Shown here: in pieces, positions 17,253 through 24,561 of the stretch
Layout of the letters: each line of letters begins with the position of its first letter
Position numbering within the stretch: the stretch's first letter is position 1
NCBI GenBank assembly: GCA_041398545.1
Contig: JAWKUM010000003.1
Coordinates: forward strand, 222,385-286,384
Source of the DNA: Planctomycetota bacterium
Lineage (GTDB): Bacteria; Planctomycetota; UBA1135; GCA-002748355
DNA length: 64,000 nucleotides
Direction: 5' to 3'
Translations under genes and position numbers: made by a program
Notes under the pieces: model-generated
Seen by the model: only the letters and a program-made list of their open reading frames with translations
Told to the model about the DNA's origin: nothing
Databases searched by the model: none

Positions 17253-18569
17253 ATGGCCCTGATCGGCACCATCCCCCGTCGCGCCGTCAACCTGCCCGGC
17301 GGCGCGCTGCGCACTCTGGTCGGCTGCACGCTGCGCGGCCGGCTCGTCGACGGCCCCGACCTCGCGGCCTTCGAGCGGCGCTTCGCCGACTGGCTCGGCA
17401 CGGGCCACGTCCTCGGCGCGGCCCAGGGCCGCTCGGCCTTCCAGCTCGCGCTGATGGCCCTCGACCTGCCCCAGGGCGCCGAGATCGTGTTCCCGAGCTT
17501 CACGTTCCCGGTCATGCCGATGGTCGCCAAGCTGCTCGGCTACGAGCCGGTGTTCTGCGACGTCGACCCGCGGACCTTCAACGCCGGCCGCAAGGAGATC
17601 GAGGCCGTGCTCAGCGACCGGACCGGCGCCGTCCTGGCGACGCACCTGTTCGGCATGCCGTGCCCGATCGAGGACATCGCGGCGCTGGCCAGGGAGCGCG
17701 GCTTCCGGCTCATGGAGGACTGCGCCCACGCCCTCGGCGTCCGCGTCGGCGGCCGGTCGGTCGGGACCTTCGGCGACGTCGGGATCTTCAGCTTCGCCGA
17801 GGGCAAGAACATGCCCTGCATGGGCGGCGGCGCGATCGCGACGGCCGACGAGGGCATCGCGGCGCGCGCGCGGGCCGTCCTCGCCGCGGCCGCCAGGCCG
17901 TCGGCCAAGGAGGTCCGCCAGGAGGGCACCGGCGTGTGGCTGCACTGGCTGGCGACCCGGCCCCTGGTGTTCGGGCTGACGGCCTACCAGGTGCTCAAGC
18001 TCAAGCTCCGCGGCGGCCAGCCGCTGATGGACAGCGAGGTCGGCGACGCCCTGCTCGAGCGCTTCAGGGCCTCCGACCCCAGGATCCAGCCGCTCGCCAA
18101 CCTCCAGGCCGCGATCGGCCTCCGCCAGCTCGAGGTCATCGACCGGTTCAACTCGGGCGCCCGCCGCAACGCCGAGGTCCTGACCGAGGAGCTCGGCGAC
18201 GTCCCCGGCGTGACCGCGCCGCCGATGGACGGCGACCACATCTACGTCTACTACCCGCTGCGGGTCGACCCGGCCCTGCGCGACGACCTGCGCCACTTCC
18301 TGCTGCGCCGCGGCGTCGACGCCAAGAAGACCGACATGGGCGACTGCGCCCAGCTCCGGGCCTTCCGCGAGGGCAAGGACCCCGCGACCCTGCCGCCCGA
18401 CCGCACGCCGACCGAGACCTCGATCCTCGAGATCTGCGTCTACCCGATCCTCAGCGAGCGCCAGATGCGCCGCGTCGCCCGCGCGATCCGCGACTGGTCG
18501 CGCCTGCGCAGGGGCCCCGGCAGCCTCCCGGCCGGCCGCGGCGACGCCGCGCGCAAGATCGCGGTCTGA
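17253..18569 (+). CDS. DegT/DnrJ/EryC1/StrS-family sugar aminotransferase
   Basis: Family-typical FPSFTFPVMP..., LMEDCAHALG and the PLP-lysine region FSFAEGKNMPCMGGGA. RBS GGGAG upstream. Confidence 0.85.
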   Translation: MALIGTIPRRAVNLPGGALRTLVGCTLRGRLVDGPDLAAFERRFADWLGTGHVLGAAQGRSAFQLALMALDLPQGAEIVFPSFTFPVMPMVAKLLGYEPVFCDVDPRTFNAGRKEIEAVLSDRTGAVLATHLFGMPCPIEDIAALARERGFRLMEDCAHALGVRVGGRSVGTFGDVGIFSFAEGKNMPCMGGGAIATADEGIAARARAVLAAAARPSAKEVRQEGTGVWLHWLATRPLVFGLTAYQVLKLKLRGGQPLMDSEVGDALLERFRASDPRIQPLANLQAAIGLRQLEVIDRFNSGARRNAEVLTEELGDVPGVTAPPMDGDHIYVYYPLRVDPALRDDLRHFLLRRGVDAKKTDMGDCAQLRAFREGKDPATLPPDRTPTETSILEICVYPILSERQMRRVARAIRDWSRLRRGPGSLPAGRGDAARKIAV

Positions 18570-18722
18570 GGGCTCCTGGCCCCCCCAGCGGGCCATCGGC
18601 CCCCTCCCAGGGGGCATTGTGGATTCGGGGGCAGAGGTTAGGCTTCAAGCTTCAGGTCCGTCCGACCTGGCTCCTCTGGCATGCCAATCTGCGCTTCTGG
18701 ACCTTGGACCGAGAGGTCAACC

Positions 18723-19439
18723 ATGCGGGTTCAGCTCCCTTCACGCCGAGCAATGGTGATCTCGCGAGGGATTGCATCGCTGCTGTGTTCCTTGGTCATC
18801 GTGCCTTCCGGCTTTTGCGCTTGCCCTCAGACCAGCACTCCCGGAGTTTCGGTCACGGCAAGGACGCTGACCAAGGTCAACTGCTACGCCAAGGCTGAGT
18901 CGGAGGCACGGGTCAAGGAAGTTCCCGCTGACAAGGCGTTCGCGAGGTCCGTGAAGGTGGCCTCCTCCGAATCCAACGCCAGAGCGGACGTTACGGCAGG
19001 GCATTGGACGCGAGAAACACCCACTCGCGCGACGACGATGGTTTACGTCTCGAGCGCAGTGTCACTCCGATTGTCGAAGAAGGCCAATGCCATAGTCCAC
19101 ACCGCCGCAGACACAACGAACCCTGTCAAACATGGGTTCGAGTTCAAGCTGACGGCACCAGTCAAGACAACTGGAACACTGACCTTGACGATCTCCGGCC
19201 GTAGCACGCAGGGCGCGACGGATCAGTTCGATATCGTCGTCAAAGGGGATGGATGGTCCAAGAAACTCGCCTCGAGCAGCGACAAGCGCTTCGCGAAAAC
19301 GGTACTTCCCAACGTCTCCATTGACCCGACCGGGCTGATCATCGAAATCCACGGGTTGGCCGTGGCCAGCCTCACCGACAAAGGTCAATGCTCAGCCATG
19401 GGGCGCGCTTCAGCCCGCTTCGACGTCATCAGGCAATAG
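18723..19439 (+). CDS. Secreted hypothetical protein
   Basis: Track ORF 18681..19439; start preferred at MRVQLPSRRAMVISRGIASLLCSLVIVPSGFCA (signal-peptide-like). Ser/Thr/Ala/Lys-rich beta-type sequence. No motif recognised. Confidence 0.55.
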   Translation: MRVQLPSRRAMVISRGIASLLCSLVIVPSGFCACPQTSTPGVSVTARTLTKVNCYAKAESEARVKEVPADKAFARSVKVASSESNARADVTAGHWTRETPTRATTMVYVSSAVSLRLSKKANAIVHTAADTTNPVKHGFEFKLTAPVKTTGTLTLTISGRSTQGATDQFDIVVKGDGWSKKLASSSDKRFAKTVLPNVSIDPTGLIIEIHGLAVASLTDKGQCSAMGRASARFDVIRQ

Positions 19440-19450
19440 GGGGAGACCAG

Positions 19451-21463
19451 ATGCGGCTCAATTCGGTCTTCATTGTCGGTCTAGCATCTCTGGGCTTGTC
19501 TTGGCTCGGTGTGGGAGTCAGGGCTCAGGCTGTCATCCAAGTTTCCTCGTATGGCGCTGTTGTCAACGACGGCCAGAATGACCTTCAAGCGATCCGTGCT
19601 GCCATTGACGATCTGCCCGCCTCCGACGCGATCCTGCGCTTCGAGATCGGAACCTACGATCTCTATCCACGGGAGGAGCCTCCTACCGGACTCGGAACCC
19701 CGACTCCGGCCGGGGTGTTCCCGGTCAAGACCATGTTCGGCCTCGTGTCCAAAGCGAGGATCACCGTTGACGGCCAGGGCGCAGTCCTGATGTGCCATGA
19801 CTTCCTGCCCGACCAGCCGATCAACTCCAGCTACTACAACCTGTTTGCTTGCACCGATTGCACCGACATCGAGATCAGGGACCTGACGGTCAACATGTCG
19901 CGACTGCCGTACACGATCGGAACGTGTACGCAGATTGCCGGCGACCCAGTGGTAACAAATGTAGCGAACAGGTATTTCAGGATCGACATCGATCCGAGCT
20001 TCTTTGCCACCGGGTCTCTGCAAAACATGACAATGCACACCCTGTTGAATTGGCGGTCTGGGCATCCGAACGGCCAGAATTTCTATTACGTCCAACAGCA
20101 ACCAGCAAAAACGTTTGGCTCTGACTTTTATGTTGGCCAGATTACATCTGGAACGATTCACGACATCAAGGGGAGGTTCCCAATTGGGCCAGGCACATTT
20201 CCTAACGATCCTGGCTGGGTAATGATGAACGAGCTCAAGGCTCCCGGAGCCATCGGGCCAGATGATCATGGGAGGTTGCAGCTCGGAGACCAAGTCGTGA
20301 TTGCGCATCAGTCTAGTTACTACATCGCGTTCATGTTCGTGGATTGCACCCGTAGCTTTCTCACAAGCCTCACGGTGCACACCTGGCCGGGAATGGCGGT
20401 CAATCTCCTGCGCGACCGAGATGTCGTCATCGATGGCCTGCAGGTTCTGCCAGATCCGGCACGGCCATGGCCGGTTACGACTACTGCCGATGCCATCCAT
20501 GTCGCCAACACCGCAGGGACTTTGCAGGTCCATGATTGCCACCTCGAGGGGATGCTCGACGATGGATTCAATTCGTACGTGAATGCCCTGCCTGTAACAG
20601 CAATCGTCTATTCAAACGGGGTTCCCACCGTAAACGCCGTGCCCCGGTTCCCCCTGTGGATCTTCGACCCTGGTTCGACCTGGGAGTTCTACGATCAAGA
20701 CATGATCCCACTTGGGACACGACCGCTCGTCCTTTCGCAGAATGTCACGAATCCATCCACCCATCTGTTGACGTTCGCTAGCGTCCCTATTGGGAACATA
20801 GCCTACGTCTGCAATCTTTCCCATTTTCCGGATACGACAGAGATCGTCGGGACAACCGTCGCCCGGAATCGTGGCATGGGGTTGATCCTGAGGAGGAACA
20901 CCCATGTCGACCAGTGCCTTTTTGAATGGATCACCGGTTCCGGGATCGTGGTCTCTCCTTCGATTGGCTTATGGGACGAAGGGCCTGGCGGGTCGAACGT
21001 CCTGGTCGAAGGCTCCCTGTTACAATATTGCAACCGCGGTTGGGGGTTACACGACGGGGGAGCCACTGAGGGTACGATCAGCGTAAAAACACACAAGTTT
21101 GTCAATGGAGCTTGGACAACCGGTCCTGTGGGCTCGATCCAGGACGTCGTCCTGAGGAACCTGACGATCCAGGATTCTGGGGGTGCCTTGGTGTGCGTCC
21201 GGTCCACGAACAGGTTCACGATCGATCAGTGCGCCCTGGGTGCATGTAATGATCTTGGATATTTGCTCACGGATCGAACAGCAGATCCACAAGATGGGGG
21301 GAGGGATCGGTACGCTGCCGAGTCTCTTTTGTTCTTTACCGAGTCGCAGGACATCACGATTACGAACAACTTCTTCACGGGAGCGGGGACCTATCTCAAC
21401 TCCGACAGAACTTGGCCGATGATCTTCGGATTTTATACCAAAACCAACAACACCGGATTCTAG
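19451..21463 (+). CDS. Secreted right-handed beta-helix (pectate-lyase-fold) protein
   Basis: Track ORF 19388..21463, starting at MRLNSVFIVGLASLGLSWLGVGVRAQA (signal peptide). The N-terminal VSSYGAVVNDGQNDLQAIRAAID resembles the pectate_lyase_3 / GH28-like entry motif. Repeated ~22-25 aa Asn/Gly/hydrophobic turns downstream. Confidence 0.7.
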   Translation: MRLNSVFIVGLASLGLSWLGVGVRAQAVIQVSSYGAVVNDGQNDLQAIRAAIDDLPASDAILRFEIGTYDLYPREEPPTGLGTPTPAGVFPVKTMFGLVSKARITVDGQGAVLMCHDFLPDQPINSSYYNLFACTDCTDIEIRDLTVNMSRLPYTIGTCTQIAGDPVVTNVANRYFRIDIDPSFFATGSLQNMTMHTLLNWRSGHPNGQNFYYVQQQPAKTFGSDFYVGQITSGTIHDIKGRFPIGPGTFPNDPGWVMMNELKAPGAIGPDDHGRLQLGDQVVIAHQSSYYIAFMFVDCTRSFLTSLTVHTWPGMAVNLLRDRDVVIDGLQVLPDPARPWPVTTTADAIHVANTAGTLQVHDCHLEGMLDDGFNSYVNALPVTAIVYSNGVPTVNAVPRFPLWIFDPGSTWEFYDQDMIPLGTRPLVLSQNVTNPSTHLLTFASVPIGNIAYVCNLSHFPDTTEIVGTTVARNRGMGLILRRNTHVDQCLFEWITGSGIVVSPSIGLWDEGPGGSNVLVEGSLLQYCNRGWGLHDGGATEGTISVKTHKFVNGAWTTGPVGSIQDVVLRNLTIQDSGGALVCVRSTNRFTIDQCALGACNDLGYLLTDRTADPQDGGRDRYAAESLLFFTESQDITITNNFFTGAGTYLNSDRTWPMIFGFYTKTNNTGF

Positions 21464-21473
21464 GAGAGAATCC

Positions 21474-23192
21474 ATGTCACGCTGGATCACTCGCAGGCCC
21501 CCATGCGGATGGGCATGGCTCCCCGGCTCCGTGGGCAGGTGCATGCTTCTGCTTTTTGCTACCTTGCTCCTGGTCGCCAACCCGGAGGCGCAGACACATC
21601 TCTACACCCACTACGGGGACAAGGCCGGACAGTGGTTCGGTGGTAGCGTCGCCATCGTCGGCGATACCGACAGGGATGGGTTCGATGACTACGCGACCAC
21701 CTCGGAGTGGTACCCGCCTTCGGCCTCTGGTGGAGATGCGGTGCGGCTGTACTCAGGGCGAGACGGGCATTTGATCGGCAAGGTGCCGCTGCCTGGCCCC
21801 GGGAGCGCCACATCAGTATCTGGGTTGGGGGACATGGACAGTGACGGCCATGCTGACTTCGGGATCTTGATCAATACGACGGTGCTGATTGGATATCAGT
21901 TTCATTCAGGAAAAACCATGCAGATGATTGCCAAGGGATCTTGGCCCTTGTCGCTACAAAACGGAAAAATCCGCCCAATTGCAGATCTTGATCACGACAA
22001 TATTCCCGACGTTATTATTAGTAGTTCAGAGTATTCAAACTCTGATCGGGTCGTGATCGTATCTGGAAAGTCAGGGAAGATAATCTTGGATCTCAAGCCT
22101 GGCGGGCTCAACTACACCTATTTTGGCCATTCGGTTTCAAGGGCTGGAGATGTAAACGGAGACGGGATCGAGGACTTCCTGGTCGGCGATCCGCTGTTCG
22201 GAAGCAATCCAACCTATAATTTCTACGGGCCAGGACGCGCATGGTTGTTCTCTGGGGCGAACGGAGGGGTCATCTACACGTTCTGGGACACGACCTACAA
22301 ACTTCCGTCTCCGTCGCCAGGCTTTGGGAGTTCCGTATGCGGTTGCGGTGATCTTGACGGTGACAAGGTTCCCGATCTCGCCATCGGGTGCCCGGGATTC
22401 GACGGCAACGGCACGGACGCCGGCGCCGTGTTTATCTACTCGGGCAAGACCGGTAATCTCTATCGTACCCTGCACGGCCCTGTCGCAGGATCATACTTGG
22501 GGTGGTCGGGGGCCAACGTGGGCGATTGGAACCGGGACGGCTATCCTGATCTGGCTTGTGGTGGGCAAACATTTCTTCCAGGCAATCAAGCTGCAGGTGT
22601 CGTGCGAGTCATTTCTGGCAAGGACGGAAAGGAGTTCGCCACCATTGTCGACGACAAGGTTGATATGGGATTGGGATCGTGCCTGAACGCCGATGGAGAC
22701 ATCGACGGAGACGGCGTCCGGGATCTGGTCGCGGGTCTGTCGCCAGCATCCTGGGCAAGCAACAACTTGTGGTACTTCAAGTGCTACTCCGGCGCCGGCC
22801 GCTCGCTCTGGAGCGATACGCACAGGGTCTCTGTGGCCGCTCAGGATATGCAGGTCCTGACCCTCGAGGCCGGGGCCGGCCAGGCGGGCAACCCCTATCT
22901 CGTGCTCGGCAGCCTTGCCGGGATCAACCCAGGGCTACAACTAGGTACGCATCTCCTTCCTCTCAACCTCGATCCCTACCTTGTCTGGACGGCGACCGTG
23001 CCCAACAGCCCCTTCCTGCAGGGCTCACTCGGGCTGCTCGATGCAAAGGGGACGGCCAAGATCCAGTTCGTGGCTGGAGCGGGCTTTCCTGCTGGATTGG
23101 CCGGCCTGCGCATGGATCACGCAGCCGTAGTCTTCGGCAACACGGGGATCGCCACGGTCAGCGATTGGGTCCCGCTGCTGCTGGAGAAATAG
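21474..23192 (+). CDS. FG-GAP / integrin-alpha-like beta-propeller repeat protein, secreted
   Basis: Repeated FG..(V/L)...GD.(D/N).DG..D motifs (GDTDRDGFDD, GDMDSDGHAD, GDVNGDGIED, GDLDGDKVPD, GDWNRDGYPD, GDIDGDGVRD). Hydrophobic N-terminus CMLLLFATLLLVA. Confidence 0.8.
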   Translation: MSRWITRRPPCGWAWLPGSVGRCMLLLFATLLLVANPEAQTHLYTHYGDKAGQWFGGSVAIVGDTDRDGFDDYATTSEWYPPSASGGDAVRLYSGRDGHLIGKVPLPGPGSATSVSGLGDMDSDGHADFGILINTTVLIGYQFHSGKTMQMIAKGSWPLSLQNGKIRPIADLDHDNIPDVIISSSEYSNSDRVVIVSGKSGKIILDLKPGGLNYTYFGHSVSRAGDVNGDGIEDFLVGDPLFGSNPTYNFYGPGRAWLFSGANGGVIYTFWDTTYKLPSPSPGFGSSVCGCGDLDGDKVPDLAIGCPGFDGNGTDAGAVFIYSGKTGNLYRTLHGPVAGSYLGWSGANVGDWNRDGYPDLACGGQTFLPGNQAAGVVRVISGKDGKEFATIVDDKVDMGLGSCLNADGDIDGDGVRDLVAGLSPASWASNNLWYFKCYSGAGRSLWSDTHRVSVAAQDMQVLTLEAGAGQAGNPYLVLGSLAGINPGLQLGTHLLPLNLDPYLVWTATVPNSPFLQGSLGLLDAKGTAKIQFVAGAGFPAGLAGLRMDHAAVVFGNTGIATVSDWVPLLLEK

Positions 23193-23282
23193 AACGCAAC
23201 ATTCGCTGGCCGGATCCGCTCGGTCGCGGTCAGCCAGTGGTGACAGGCGAGGGTCTCGTCTTGCACGGGCCCGCTTGCGGCG

Positions 23283-23302
23283 GGACCCATGCAAGTGGGT
23301 CC
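23283..23302. terminator. Hairpin between convergent genes (FG-GAP gene and pfk)
   Basis: GGACCCA-tgcaag-TGGGTCC, a perfect 7-bp stem in the 120-bp convergent intergenic region. Confidence 0.3.
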
Positions 23303-23312
23303 ATCTGAGGGC

Positions 23313-24551
23313 TCAGCCGAAGCGCGCGACGAGTTCCTGCTCGGGCATGCCCGAGGCCTCGGCGAGGCGGGCGCGCTGGACGGGGTCCTCGAGGTGCTCG
23401 CGGTCGAGGCGGATCTGGTAGCGCAGCGAGCAGGTGTAGGTCTCGAGCGTCGTGTCGACGTAGCGGACGCGGGTCCTGCCGGTGCGCTCGTCGCGGAAGT
23501 GCTCGAAGGGGTAGACGAGCATCTCGTTGCCGACGCGGCAGATCACGCCCTGCATGCCGTGGCGCAGGATCGCCCGCATCGCGCCGAAGCCGAGGTCGCG
23601 GGTGTACTCGGCGTCGAACGGGATCGGGTCGGCGCAGCGCAGCTCGTAGCCGATGTTCTTCTCCATGACCTTGACCTCGCGGCCCCGGCTCCGGAACCGG
23701 GCCACGAGCTCGTCGCGGAGGATGCGGCCGAGGGGCAGGTCGGTCAGGCGGATCTTGCCCTTGGGGTCGCGCTCGAGGCCCTCGGTCGACGGCAGCTCGT
23801 CGGGGTCGATGCGCTCGGCCAGGCCCTCGGCGATGACGACGATGCCGTCGGCGCGGCCCTCGGCCATGCGGCGGATCATCGAGCCCTCGATCGGCTTGAG
23901 GATGTCGTCGAGGTGGAGCTTGCCCGCCGGGAACTCCTCGGGGATCAGCGTCAGCGTCGCGCCGGCGGCCTTGCCGATGCCGTGGGCGAGGTGCCCGCTG
24001 TGGCGGCCCATCGTCACGGCCAGGTACCAGCGCCGCGTCGTGCGCGCGTCCTCGGCCAGGCTGTGCACGATGTCGACGCCGACGTGGCGGGCGGTCTGGA
24101 ACCCGAAGGTCGAGAAGCCGCCCGGCAGGTCGATGTCGTTGTCGATCGTCTTGGGCACGTGCAGGTAGGCCAGCCCGTGCTTGTCGTTGTGGTAGAGCGC
24201 GTCGGCGGCCGAGGCCGTGCCGTCGCCGCCGATCGTGATCAGGGCGTGGACCCCGAGCCCGTGCAGGCAGTCGTGGACCCGGTCACGGATCTCGGGCCGG
24301 TCGACCGCGCCCTCGCGCGACGTGCGCAGGACCGAGCCGCCGGTCTTGTGGATCCGGGACACGTCGGCGATGTCGAGCTCGAGGACCTGGCCGCAGTCCC
24401 CGCGCGAGACCCACTTGAGGCCGTCGAGCAGGCCGAGGACCCGCCAGCCCCGGTTGCGGGCCTCGATCGTGATCGCGGCGATGACGCCGTTGATCCCGGG
24501 GGCGGGGCCGCCGCCGACCGCGATCGCGACTGTGGGCTGGGGGGTCGTCAT
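23313..24551 (-). CDS. pfk: 6-phosphofructokinase (ATP- or PPi-dependent; not distinguishable by eye)
   Basis: PFK signatures GGGPAPGINGVI, TIGGDGT, PKTIDNDI, MGRHSGHLA. Confidence 0.9.
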   Translation of the reverse strand: MTTPQPTVAIAVGGGPAPGINGVIAAITIEARNRGWRVLGLLDGLKWVSRGDCGQVLELDIADVSRIHKTGGSVLRTSREGAVDRPEIRDRVHDCLHGLGVHALITIGGDGTASAADALYHNDKHGLAYLHVPKTIDNDIDLPGGFSTFGFQTARHVGVDIVHSLAEDARTTRRWYLAVTMGRHSGHLAHGIGKAAGATLTLIPEEFPAGKLHLDDILKPIEGSMIRRMAEGRADGIVVIAEGLAERIDPDELPSTEGLERDPKGKIRLTDLPLGRILRDELVARFRSRGREVKVMEKNIGYELRCADPIPFDAEYTRDLGFGAMRAILRHGMQGVICRVGNEMLVYPFEHFRDERTGRTRVRYVDTTLETYTCSLRYQIRLDREHLEDPVQRARLAEASGMPEQELVARFG

Positions 24552-24561
24552 GCGTCCCGGG

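Larger units (their letters stand above)
18600..23230. other. Lower-G+C genomic island (three secreted-protein genes)
   Basis: Abrupt visible drop in G+C and a change of codon usage (many A/T-ending codons) compared with both flanks. I did not compute exact percentages. No integrase, tRNA or flanking direct repeat seen. Confidence 0.6.

Noticed and set aside
22780-23192. A shared C-terminal sorting-type domain between the FG-GAP protein (22780-23192) and the 41442..42806 secreted protein
   Set aside because: Both end in a ~110-aa beta-rich segment of similar general character (short Leu/Gly/Pro/Ala-rich strands). I could not align convincing identical motifs by eye, so this needs a profile-profile comparison before any claim.
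18600-23230. Calling the low-G+C island a mobile element or prophage remnant
   Set aside because: No integrase, transposase, phage genes, tRNA attachment site or flanking direct repeats are visible. Only the compositional anomaly is supported, so it is reported as an island rather than a mobile element.
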